Assembly (NCBI GenBank): GCA_965263035.1
Contig: OZ253580.1
Coordinates: forward strand, 1,472,001-1,536,000
Length of the DNA: 64,000 nt
Reading direction: 5' to 3'
Origin: Acidobacteriota bacterium
Lineage (GTDB): Bacteria > Acidobacteriota > UBA6911 > RPQK01 > JAJDTT01
Shown here: positions 10,183-19,340 of the stretch, one piece after another
Numbering within the stretch: position 1 is the first letter of the stretch
How the letters are laid out: each line of letters starts with the position of its first letter
The notes under the pieces: generated by a model
What the model saw: the letters and a program-made list of their open reading frames with translations, nothing else
Database searches by the model: none
Told to the model about the DNA's origin: nothing
Position numbers and translations under genes: made by a program

Positions 10183-12085
10183 ATTTCTCCGGGTTCCGGG
10201 TCAACCCCGGAAATGTGGCCACCACCTCGTCTCCCGGCGACAACACCACGTAGAAGGGGAGCGCAATGGTCCCGAAGCGCTCCTGCTCGAGACGCATGTT
10301 CTCGGCATGCTCCAGCCCCGTGCCGTCGGTGTAGAGACGGACCAGCAGGTACTGCCGAAACCGCTCCTGGACCCTGGGCAAGGTAAAGACATTCGCCTCC
10401 ATCCAGCGGCAATTGGTGCAGGTGAAGCCGGTAAAGTCGATGAAGACCGGCTTGCCCGACTCCCGGGCGCTGGCCAGACCGGCCTCGTAATCGTCGATCC
10501 ACTCCAGTTCTTCCCCGGCGCCGCCTCCAGAGGAAACCCCGATGGATGCCGGGTTGCCGTAGTCGCGCGGAGGCAGGAACGCGTCCAATTCCCCCAGCGG
10601 GAACCCCACGAGGCCCCGAATCAGATGGATCGACAGGGCGGCGAAGAAGACCGCGAAGAAGGCCCGGGGCACGCCTATGGAATCCGACGCCTGCTCATGG
10701 GGAAAGCGAAACCAGCCCAGGAGATAGAAGAGGATCATAAAGGAGATGGCCAGCCAGATGGCGATCAGGCCCGGCCGGGTCAACAACTCCCACTGGTAGA
10801 CCAGATCGACGTTGCTGAGAAACTTGAAGGCAAAGGCGACCTCCAGGAATCCCATGGTGATCTTGACCGAGTTCAGCCAGTTTCCACTCCTGGGAAGCGA
10901 TTTGAGCCAGGAGGGGAACAACGCCAGCAGGAAGAAAGGCGAGGAGAAGACCATCGCAAACGAAGTCACTCCCACCATGGACCAGAGCCAGTCCCCCTGA
11001 ATGGCGGCGACCATCAGCGTTCCCACGAAGGGCACGGTGCAGGTGAAGGACACAAGCGAAAACGTCAGCGCCATGAGCAGGATCCCGGCAATCCCCCCCA
11101 CGGTCGAAGCCTTCCGGTCCAACGCCGTGGTCCAACTGGCGGGAAGACGAATCTCCAGCACTTCGAACAGGCTCAGGGCAAAGGCAATGAAGATGGCGGC
11201 GATCAGGAGATTGACGCCCGGATTTGCCGCCAGGCGGTTGATTCCGCCCGAACCGAAGAGGAAGGTGAGGCCGAAACCCAAGAGCGTAAAGGTCAGAATA
11301 ATCCCCAGGGAATAGAGGGAGGCATCCCGGAGCGCCTGACCACGGGTCACGGCCTGACGTTTGGTGAAGTAGGAGACGGTGATGGGGATCATGGGGAAAA
11401 CGCAAGGCGTGAGGAGCGCCAGCGCTCCCATGCCCATGGCAAAGGCGATGTAGCCCAGTGTCTCCACCGGAATTCCGTCCGAGTCCCCGGCAGGAACCGC
11501 GGCACCCGAGGCGGAATCAGGGGGCTCTTCCTGGACAACCGCCGCCGCCGTTGCTCCTGCAGCGTCGCCGGGAGAACTTTCGGCCGGCGCCCGACCCTCC
11601 CCGACCTGCACGGAGGCTTCCAGCACCCGGTTCCGGGGAGGCAGGCAGAGAGTATCGCTGCACACCATGAAGCGGACCTTCACCCCTAGTGTTTCCGCGC
11701 CCGGTTCGGTGGAGGAACGCACGCGGACCGGGACGGTAAAGTCCACCTGATCCTCGAAATACTCGGTATCGATTGCGAAACTGGGATCGTAGGCGACGAT
11801 GGGCGCGGGCTGGGTGACGGGACCGGCGGCCTCGAAGGCCGACTCCTTCACCACGGTCACCGTGGTCTTGACGGGCGGAGGCGGCTGGTTGAGGGAGTAG
11901 AGGTGCCAACCCGGCACCAGTTCGGCCCGCAACTTCGCGTCGAAGACGTCCCCGGCGGGGACCTCGCCCGAATCTACGAGCAGCTCGAACCGTATCTTGT
12001 CCTGAGCCTGTGCCGGCAGGATCAGGAGCAACCAGACCCAGCCGGCTCCAGACATTTTCGCAAACCGTTGAATTACATTCCTCAC
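10127..12085 (-). CDS. dsbD: Thiol:disulfide interchange protein DsbD
   Basis: GWHLYS, CSDTLCLPP, TPCVFPMIPI, SFTCTVP, C-terminal thioredoxin CTNC; GTG start overlaps the pyrC TGA (GTGA). Confidence 0.92.
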   Translation of the reverse strand: MRNVIQRFAKMSGAGWVWLLLILPAQAQDKIRFELLVDSGEVPAGDVFDAKLRAELVPGWHLYSLNQPPPPVKTTVTVVKESAFEAAGPVTQPAPIVAYDPSFAIDTEYFEDQVDFTVPVRVRSSTEPGAETLGVKVRFMVCSDTLCLPPRNRVLEASVQVGEGRAPAESSPGDAAGATAAAVVQEEPPDSASGAAVPAGDSDGIPVETLGYIAFAMGMGALALLTPCVFPMIPITVSYFTKRQAVTRGQALRDASLYSLGIILTFTLLGFGLTFLFGSGGINRLAANPGVNLLIAAIFIAFALSLFEVLEIRLPASWTTALDRKASTVGGIAGILLMALTFSLVSFTCTVPFVGTLMVAAIQGDWLWSMVGVTSFAMVFSSPFFLLALFPSWLKSLPRSGNWLNSVKITMGFLEVAFAFKFLSNVDLVYQWELLTRPGLIAIWLAISFMILFYLLGWFRFPHEQASDSIGVPRAFFAVFFAALSIHLIRGLVGFPLGELDAFLPPRDYGNPASIGVSSGGGAGEELEWIDDYEAGLASARESGKPVFIDFTGFTCTNCRWMEANVFTLPRVQERFRQYLLVRLYTDGTGLEHAENMRLEQERFGTIALPFYVVLSPGDEVVATFPGLTRNPEKFIGFLDRGLEANRSGRGG

Positions 12086-13365
12086 GCTGACTCCTGCCGG
12101 TGGACGACCCGGCCGCCTACCACGGTTAGAACCGGCGCCCCGTGGAGTTCCCATCCCCGGAACGGACAGTTGCGCCCCTTGGACCTGAAGCCCGACGGAT
12201 CCACCACCTGCCGGTGGCCCGGATCGATGACCGTAACGTCGGCGTCCGCGCCTTCCGCCAAGGTGCCCTTCCCCAGTTTGAGGATCCGGCTGGGATTGAG
12301 GCTGAAGAGCTCCACCAGCCTGGGGACCGAGACGATCCTGGAACGGACCAGATGCTCCCAGCAGAGGGGGATCGCCGTCTCCATGCCGATCACGCCGCTG
12401 GCCGCCTCCTCGAACGGCTCCTCCTTGTCCAGCCGGGTGTGGGGCGCATGATCCGTGGCCAGACAGTCGATGGTCCCGTCCATCAGACCCTCCAACATGG
12501 CGTCGATATCGGGTTCTTCCCGCAGTGGAGGCATCATCTTGAAGTCGGTGTCGAAGTTCTGGATGTCTTCGTCGGTCAGGGTGAAGTGATGAGGCGACAC
12601 TTCACAGGTGACTCGGATTCCCTGCGATTTGGCGACCCGCACCTGGTCCAGAGACTCCCGCGTGGAGATGTGGAGAATATGGACTCTTGCGCCTGTGATC
12701 CGGCTCAGGATGATGTCCCGAACCACATGGAGTTCCTCGGCAGCGCGGCTCATGCCCCGCAGCCCCATACGAGTCGATGCCTTCCCCTCGTTCATGCAAC
12801 CACGGGCAGCCAGGAACAGATCCTCGCAGTGGTCCATCACCGGGATGTCGAAGATCCTTGCGTACTCCATCGCCCGCCGCATGACCTGACTGTTCTGCAC
12901 CGGACGGCCGTCGTCGGTGACGGCGACGATCCCCGCCGCCTGCATCTCGCCGATTTCCGCCAGCTGTTCGCCGCGGGAGCCCACGGTGATGGCGCCGGTG
13001 GGAAAGACATTCACCAACCCCGCATCGGCGGCCCGTTCCAGGATGAACCGGGTGATGGCGGCGTTGTCGTTGACCGGAGTCGTATTGGGCATGCAGACGA
13101 TGCTGGTAAAGCCTCCGGCCGCCGCTGCCCGGGAGCCCGTGAGTATGGTCTCCTTGTCTTCCCGCCCCGGCTCCCGAAGGTGCACGTGCATGTCGACGAA
13201 ACCCGGCGTGACCACACAGCCTGCGACGTCGATGATCTCGCGGCACTTGCGGGCGGACAGGTTCCCCACGGCAACCACTTTCCCGTCTTCCAGGAGGACA
13301 TCTGCCCGCCGATCCAGATCCTGGGACGGGTCTACGACCCGGCCTCCGCGCAGCAACAGACTCAC
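12082..13365 (-). CDS. pyrC: Dihydroorotase (type I)
   Basis: [28 protein letters not shown]. Confidence 0.96.
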   Translation of the reverse strand: MSLLLRGGRVVDPSQDLDRRADVLLEDGKVVAVGNLSARKCREIIDVAGCVVTPGFVDMHVHLREPGREDKETILTGSRAAAAGGFTSIVCMPNTTPVNDNAAITRFILERAADAGLVNVFPTGAITVGSRGEQLAEIGEMQAAGIVAVTDDGRPVQNSQVMRRAMEYARIFDIPVMDHCEDLFLAARGCMNEGKASTRMGLRGMSRAAEELHVVRDIILSRITGARVHILHISTRESLDQVRVAKSQGIRVTCEVSPHHFTLTDEDIQNFDTDFKMMPPLREEPDIDAMLEGLMDGTIDCLATDHAPHTRLDKEEPFEEAASGVIGMETAIPLCWEHLVRSRIVSVPRLVELFSLNPSRILKLGKGTLAEGADADVTVIDPGHRQVVDPSGFRSKGRNCPFRGWELHGAPVLTVVGGRVVHRQESA

Positions 13366-14297
13366 GGTTCCTCCTCGCCGGCGCCCAACAGGAGATAGAG
13401 GACAGCCATTCTCACCGCCAGTCCGTTGGTCACCTGATTCAGTATGACCGAATGGTCGCCGTCGGCGACCTCCGGATCGATCTCGACGCCACGATTGATG
13501 GGTCCCGGATGCATGATGATGGCATCCTTGCGGGCGGACCGCATCCTCTCCCGACTCAGCCCGAAGAGACGAAAATACTCCCGGACCGAGGGAAAGAAGA
13601 ATTCATGCTGCCGCTCCCTCTGGGTCCGGAGCATCATCACCACGTCCGCGTCGGCCAGAGCCTCCTCCAAATGGAACGTCACCGTGGCCCCCAACTGCCC
13701 GAACTCCAGCGGAATCAGCGTCGGGGGACCGCAGACCCAGACCCGGGCTCCCATCTTGTTCAGGAGATGGGTGTTGGAACGGGCGACCCGGCTATGGGAG
13801 ATGTCCCCGACGATGGCGACCTTCAAGTCCCGGATGGAACCCTTGCGCTCCAGGATGGTGTAGGCGTCCAGAAGCGCCTGGGTCGGATGCTCGTGCATTC
13901 CGTCCCCGGCATTGACGATGGAGCACTCGCGGCAGGCTTCGGCCAGAAGCCAGGGCGCCCCGGCCGCCGGATGCCGCAGGACGATGATCTCGGGACTCAT
14001 GGACTCCAGGTTGCGGGCCGTGTCGACGAGGGTCTCCCCCTTGCCCACGCTGCTGGTGGAAACGCTGAAATTCAGGATGTCGGCGCTCAGGCGCTTGGCG
14101 GCGATCTCGAACGAAGAACGGGTGCGGGTGGATGCCTCGTAGAAGAGGTTGATGACCGACCGGCCCCGGAGAGTGGGCACCTTCTTGACCGGGCGGGTCG
14201 CGATTTCCCTGAAGCTCCGCGCAGTGCTCAGAATCAGCTCGATGTCGGCAACCGACATCCCTTCGATGCCCAGAAGATGCCTGCTGCTGAGCGGCAT
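13362..14297 (-). CDS. pyrB: Aspartate carbamoyltransferase catalytic subunit
   Basis: [33 protein letters not shown]. Confidence 0.97.
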   Translation of the reverse strand: MPLSSRHLLGIEGMSVADIELILSTARSFREIATRPVKKVPTLRGRSVINLFYEASTRTRSSFEIAAKRLSADILNFSVSTSSVGKGETLVDTARNLESMSPEIIVLRHPAAGAPWLLAEACRECSIVNAGDGMHEHPTQALLDAYTILERKGSIRDLKVAIVGDISHSRVARSNTHLLNKMGARVWVCGPPTLIPLEFGQLGATVTFHLEEALADADVVMMLRTQRERQHEFFFPSVREYFRLFGLSRERMRSARKDAIIMHPGPINRGVEIDPEVADGDHSVILNQVTNGLAVRMAVLYLLLGAGEEEP

Positions 14298-14300
14298 GGT

Positions 14301-14834
14301 CTAAGAACCCTTCCGGGTGAGAAACACCCCTTCGTCCTCATCCACCGGGGCGATGTGCACGTCGACCGTCTGGTCTTCCCGGGTATCGACCCGGCGACCC
14401 ACGTAGTCGGCCTGAATGGGAAGCTCGCGGCACCCCCGGTCGACGAGCACGATCAGCTCGACCCGCTTGGGCCGCCCATAGTCCAGGAGACTCTCCAGGG
14501 CCGCACGCACGGTCCGGCCGGTGTAGAGCACGTCGTCCACCAGCAGCAAGGTCCGGCCGGTGACGGGGAAATCCAACTGGGACGCCCCGACGATAGGCTG
14601 CGGCCCGACCAGGGACAAGTCGTCCCGATAGAAGTTGATGTCCAGGATCCCGAGCGGCAGGCTGTGCCCCGTCAGATCTTCGATATTCTGCTTCAGACGC
14701 CTTGCCAGGGGAACGCCACGGCGGCGGATTCCCACCAGCGCCTCCTCCTGGAGATTCGGGTGGGACTCGACCAGGTCCGTGGAGATCTTCAGGAGCGTGC
14801 GCTCCATCTCCTGATTCGTCATCAACAGCTGCAA
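14301..14834 (-). CDS. pyrR: Bifunctional pyr regulator / uracil phosphoribosyltransferase PyrR
   Basis: GILDINFYRDDL, VDDVLYTGRTVRAAL, DRGCRELPIQADYVG. Confidence 0.95.
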   Translation of the reverse strand: MQLLMTNQEMERTLLKISTDLVESHPNLQEEALVGIRRRGVPLARRLKQNIEDLTGHSLPLGILDINFYRDDLSLVGPQPIVGASQLDFPVTGRTLLLVDDVLYTGRTVRAALESLLDYGRPKRVELIVLVDRGCRELPIQADYVGRRVDTREDQTVDVHIAPVDEDEGVFLTRKGS

Positions 14835-15112
14835 CGGACTCCTCCGATTCGGGGATGCCGGCCGTTCTCAAGCCCGCCTGGCTCCGGGCGTGGGAGCGGT
14901 CTGCCCTACGGACACTCTGATAGCCGAACGGCTTCGCCAAGGTTCACCGAGGGCGGTCCGAGATTTGGAGATTAGCATAGGCAGAGCCCGGCGAGCATCA
15001 GTTGTGGCGAATTCGAAAGAGAGAGGCTCAACGCGTGGGTAGAGGCCCTGCCGGAGAATTCCCATTTCCGCACTCCCCTCGCTCTTGCTCTTCCCTGTGC
15101 TATCGTGAAGGA

Positions 15113-15940
15113 GTGATTCACGTGGTCCAGGCGCCGGTCGTCGGGAGCGTCGGCTATCCCGGTTTCAACCACCTCCTGGCGCTTCGTTCCCGTGAGATCG
15201 CCGCCAGCGCGAAGCCCGGTCAGTTCGTCATGGCCGGTCTGATGGACTCCCCTTCCGACCCCCTTCTCAAGCGCGCCCTGGCCGTCTACTCGATCCCGCG
15301 CCCGGCCGGCGACGGCAGCATCCTCACGCTGTTGATCAAAGTGGTGGGCTCGGGGACCCGCCTGCTTGCGGCACTCCGGGAAGGCGACCGGGTCAGCCTG
15401 ATCGGCCCGTTGGGAAACGGTTTCGACACCTCCCGGGCCAAGGGACGGGTCAGCGTTGTCGTGGCGGGGGGAGTGGGCATCGCTTCCGTCTTCCTGTTGG
15501 CCAAGGAACTCAGCGAGGCCGGGGAGGAGGTCCACCTGTTGTACGGCGCCCGCCGGGCCCGGGACCTGGTGGGGCTCCAGGACTTTCTGGACCTGGGAAT
15601 CCAGGTCCAGGTCGCTACGGAAGACGGCAGCCGGGGTTTCCGGGGACTGGTCACCCAGATTCTGGAACCTTACTTCCGCCGCTATCCGGCGCAGAGACTG
15701 GCCGTCTACACCTGCGGACCCAATCCCATGATGCAGGCTGTCTCCAGGCTGGCTTCCGTTCACGGAGCCGGTTGCCAAGTCTCGGTGGAGACTCCCATGG
15801 CCTGCGGCTTCGGCGTCTGCCTGGGGTGCAGCGTGAGAACCGTCCGCTCCTATCGTCTGGCCTGCACCCACGGCCCCGTGTTCGACGCCCGACAGGTGGT
15901 CTGGGACACGGCAACGGATGGTGAAGGGGTCCATGCCTGA
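15113..15940 (+). CDS. pyrK: Dihydroorotate dehydrogenase electron transfer subunit
   Basis: PGQFVM, GPLGNGF, AGGVGIA, CGP, MACGFGVCLGC..C [2Fe-2S]; GTG start at 15113 with GAAGGA RBS. Confidence 0.92.
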   Translation: MIHVVQAPVVGSVGYPGFNHLLALRSREIAASAKPGQFVMAGLMDSPSDPLLKRALAVYSIPRPAGDGSILTLLIKVVGSGTRLLAALREGDRVSLIGPLGNGFDTSRAKGRVSVVVAGGVGIASVFLLAKELSEAGEEVHLLYGARRARDLVGLQDFLDLGIQVQVATEDGSRGFRGLVTQILEPYFRRYPAQRLAVYTCGPNPMMQAVSRLASVHGAGCQVSVETPMACGFGVCLGCSVRTVRSYRLACTHGPVFDARQVVWDTATDGEGVHA

Positions 15941-16895
15941 TCCGGTCAGCCTCGCAGTGGAGATCTCCGGCGTCCGTTTCAAGAATCCGGTGCTGACGGC
16001 GTCCGGCACCTTTGGCTACGGACTGGAGTTCACCCGCTTCTTCGACATCTCCCGGCTGGGCGGCTTCTGCACCAAGGGACTCTCCCTCCTGCCCCGTCCG
16101 GGCAATCCTCCCGGCCGCATCTTCGAAACGCCGTCGGGGATGCTCAACGCCATCGGGCTGGAGAACGTGGGCGTGGAAGCATTCATAAGCGACAAGCTTC
16201 CCCGGCTGGAACCCTACGAGACCCACGTCATCGCCAACATCTTCGGCAAGAGCATCGGCGAGTTCATAGCTATCACCGACCGCCTCAACCCCTGTCCCAA
16301 GGTGAGCGCTCTGGAGTTGAACATCTCCTGTCCCAACATTGCCGAAGGAGGCATCGAGTTCGGACACGATCCGGACCTGACCTTCCAGGTGGTGGAGGCC
16401 GTGACCCGGGTCTCGGGCAAACCGGTCTGGGTGAAGCTCTCGCCCAACGTCACCGACATCCGCGTCTTTGCCCGAGCCTGCCAGGAGGCGGGAGCCGATG
16501 CCATCAGTCTGGTCAACACCTTCGTGGGCATGAGCGTGGACGTTCACCGGCGCCGGCCCATGATCTCCAATGTGACCGCCGGACTGTCCGGGCCGGCCAT
16601 CCGGCCCCTGGCGGTCCGCCTGGTCCACGAGGTCGCCGCCAGCGTCGAGATTCCCGTCATCGGCATCGGAGGCATCGCCACCACCCGGGACGCCTTGGAG
16701 TTTCTCATTGCCGGCGCCCGGGCGGTCCAACTCGGGACCGCCAACTTCTCCGATCCGTTGGCCTCCCTGAAGGTGATCCAGGGTCTGAAAGAATATTGCA
16801 GGAGTCACGGAATTCGGGACATCAACCAGATCTCCGGCTCTCTGCGAACCCGGGAGAGGCCGGTCTCCTCCCGTACGGCCGGCGGAGACGCGTGA
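15933..16895 (+). CDS. pyrD: Dihydroorotate dehydrogenase (family 1B)
   Basis: NPVLTASGTFG, LNAIGLEN, ELNISCPN, VKLSPNVTD, GLSGPAIRP. Confidence 0.96.
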   Translation: MPDPVSLAVEISGVRFKNPVLTASGTFGYGLEFTRFFDISRLGGFCTKGLSLLPRPGNPPGRIFETPSGMLNAIGLENVGVEAFISDKLPRLEPYETHVIANIFGKSIGEFIAITDRLNPCPKVSALELNISCPNIAEGGIEFGHDPDLTFQVVEAVTRVSGKPVWVKLSPNVTDIRVFARACQEAGADAISLVNTFVGMSVDVHRRRPMISNVTAGLSGPAIRPLAVRLVHEVAASVEIPVIGIGGIATTRDALEFLIAGARAVQLGTANFSDPLASLKVIQGLKEYCRSHGIRDINQISGSLRTRERPVSSRTAGGDA

Positions 16896-16899
16896 AACC

Positions 16900-17517
16900 A
16901 TGGGAGTCCACTTGCGCGGCCTGAGACATCGTTTGAGCGTGATGCAGCTCGGCCTCCACCTCGTCCTGGCGGCTCCGGTGGTCGCCGGGCAATTGTCGCC
17001 GACGGACACGACCGAATCGGCGACGGCCTCAGCCTGCCACGCCTTCGTCGACTTCGAAAACATCTGGACCGTCGAGTTGATCCGATCCCGAGACGAAAAC
17101 GTCACTCCCATCCTGAACATCATCACCTTTACCAAGGGGGAGTGGGACCTGAGACCCGATCAGATCCACATTTTCAACCGCAAGGGTAAGGAAGCCCGGA
17201 TCAAGCGCTTCGCCCTGGATACGGGCGTTCCCGGCGATGCCTACAAGAGCAACTACCTGAAGGTTCTGGGAAACAGCTTCGTCGGAGTCGACCTGGAAGG
17301 CAAGCTCAAGGACTTCCCTTCTTCCCCCCGTGTCACCATCGACCTGGCCCACCATCGCTACGAGCTCCAGCCGCTGGACTGCGGAGCCTTCGACAACCTG
17401 GCCGGCCGGATCAACAAGATCAATTTCAACAGTCCCGACATCAGGGAAGACTTCGACCTGATCAAGATCCCCCACCTGGGCCGCAGGCTGCCCCGGCCCA
17501 AGCCTCACGAGTGGTAG
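16900..17517 (+). CDS. Hypothetical exported protein
   Basis: Hydrophobic N-terminal segment, coding-like composition, starts 4 bp after pyrD; no family recognised. Confidence 0.6.
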   Translation: MGVHLRGLRHRLSVMQLGLHLVLAAPVVAGQLSPTDTTESATASACHAFVDFENIWTVELIRSRDENVTPILNIITFTKGEWDLRPDQIHIFNRKGKEARIKRFALDTGVPGDAYKSNYLKVLGNSFVGVDLEGKLKDFPSSPRVTIDLAHHRYELQPLDCGAFDNLAGRINKINFNSPDIREDFDLIKIPHLGRRLPRPKPHEW

Positions 17518-17533
17518 GTTTCAGAGGAGTCAA

Positions 17534-17561
17534 GGGGGCCACCCACAAGGGCTGCCCCTAC
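17534..17561 (-). repeat. GTAG-type REP-like hairpin
   Basis: Minus strand reads GTAGGGGCAGCCCTTGTGGGTGGCCCCC; related copy at 53316-53341. Confidence 0.6.
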
Positions 17562-17626
17562 GCCGCCATCCAGGTCCCATTTTCTCTCTGGCCTTCGCTG
17601 GGTCTCGGTCCGGTGGGGAAGGCTCC

Positions 17627-19279
17627 TTATTCCTCGCTACTCCGGCCTCTTCGTTCAAGCACCGCGCGCGGGGGCGTCCAGCCGTAACTGCGGGTCACGT
17701 CGGGCCGGTAGGCGATGGTCAGGATGAAGATCCGGAGGGCCTTCGCCTTTTCGGGCGGAACGTTGACCTGGACCTGGGTGAAACCGTTGCCGAACCAGCT
17801 CTGGTAGCCGTCGATGGGACTCTCCACCAAGGCGTGTCCGTTCAAACGGAGGTCCACCAGTTGAGGCCTGCGATACGGGATCCGAAACCGAAAACCGATG
17901 CCATGGCGGATCCGGGAAGATCCAGCCGCGTCGGCCTGATTTCTTCGGTCCAGAACGACCAGGATTTCCGGGCCTGCCCGGACGAAGGTCTCAACGGCCT
18001 CGGCATCGATTCCCGATTGGTTCCGGAGGTTCGAAAGCAAGACCTCCGGATCCGAATCCAACATCCGGGACGCCTCTTTGTCCACCGCCACCAGATAACT
18101 GTCGCGGCCCTCGGTCTGGGGATAGAGGATGCCCTGCAGGAATCGCTCCTGCTTCTCCCAGAGTTCGACGCGGCTCCTGCGGCGCTCGGCGGCGGTCCGG
18201 CCCCAGGCCGTGACGTAGTGCCCGGTGAACGACTTGACCCGGTTCACCGGATAGCCGGAGATGGGCTGGCCCTGCCAGGATCCGTTTCCGATCCGCAGCA
18301 GCCCCTTCAGCCGGGCGGCGCCGGCTTCCTCCCAACCCACCTCCAGGACGGTCTGAAGGGTATGGTAGCGGGCGTATCCATATTGGGCCGTGTAGAAGCG
18401 GGTCCGGCCCCGCCACAGGCGGCCGGCCAACGGATCCAGGTCGGGAGCCCAGAATCCCCGTTGGGCATCGGCCTCGGCCCGGTCCGATCCGTACCCCGCT
18501 TCGACACCTGCCTGGATCATGGCATCGGTGATTCGGGGATCCCAGGGACGCAGCAGAAAGTTGGAATAGGCGGATCCGGTGGACTCGAACATGGTCTGTC
18601 CCCGATAGCCCCGTCTGTCACCCAGCTTGTCCTGGGGATACTCCTGGAGGCCGGTTCCATGGACGTCGGCGTGGACCTCCGGACGGTAGCGGTTCATCAC
18701 GGAAAAGACCGCCCGGATCTCCGGAACCTGTTCCAACTGCTTGAAGGACAGGTTCTCCAGGTCCCAGTTGCGGTCACCCCCTCCATAGGGATTCATTCCC
18801 TGAGACGTGCCGAAGCGATCACTCACGAAGAAGGCGTAAGGATTCACGACGGGCATCAGAAGGAGCACCTGCTTGCGGCGGGTGTCGGCGGCCTCTTTGC
18901 TGTCGCCGAGGAGCCATTCGGCCAGATGCAGAATGGTGGTGGTGCCGGAACGTTCGGGACCCCCGTGGAGTGCGGTGACGAGGCAGACCTGCTTGTCTTC
19001 GTCGGGCACGGACGAATCCGTGATCTTGAGAAGAAAGATGGGCATCTTCTCCACCGACTCGCCCACTCGCTCGACCTGGAGGATCCCGGGGTGACGCTCG
19101 GACCAGTATTCCACCGTCGCCTCGTACTCCTGGAGCGTGATGCGATGCACCTTCTGCTTCCAGGGCTGGGGCAGTCCAGCCAGCACCTGACCCAGATTAG
19201 GTTCCGGATTCTGCCTCGCCGGCAGCCCGCCGGAGACAAAGGGTAGTGACACCGCCAGGAATAAAGAGATCTTCTTCAT
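17627..19279 (-). CDS. Secreted M14-type zinc carboxypeptidase
   Basis: Signal peptide from ATG 19279; GESVE, HGGPE, MPVVNP, DVHG motifs. Confidence 0.75.
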   Translation of the reverse strand: MKKISLFLAVSLPFVSGGLPARQNPEPNLGQVLAGLPQPWKQKVHRITLQEYEATVEYWSERHPGILQVERVGESVEKMPIFLLKITDSSVPDEDKQVCLVTALHGGPERSGTTTILHLAEWLLGDSKEAADTRRKQVLLLMPVVNPYAFFVSDRFGTSQGMNPYGGGDRNWDLENLSFKQLEQVPEIRAVFSVMNRYRPEVHADVHGTGLQEYPQDKLGDRRGYRGQTMFESTGSAYSNFLLRPWDPRITDAMIQAGVEAGYGSDRAEADAQRGFWAPDLDPLAGRLWRGRTRFYTAQYGYARYHTLQTVLEVGWEEAGAARLKGLLRIGNGSWQGQPISGYPVNRVKSFTGHYVTAWGRTAAERRRSRVELWEKQERFLQGILYPQTEGRDSYLVAVDKEASRMLDSDPEVLLSNLRNQSGIDAEAVETFVRAGPEILVVLDRRNQADAAGSSRIRHGIGFRFRIPYRRPQLVDLRLNGHALVESPIDGYQSWFGNGFTQVQVNVPPEKAKALRIFILTIAYRPDVTRSYGWTPPRAVLERRGRSSEE

Positions 19280-19340
19280 ACGAATCCACCTCCTGACGCG
19301 GGACCGGACTGGCCGCGCGTCCCCGCTTCCGAATAAACTT

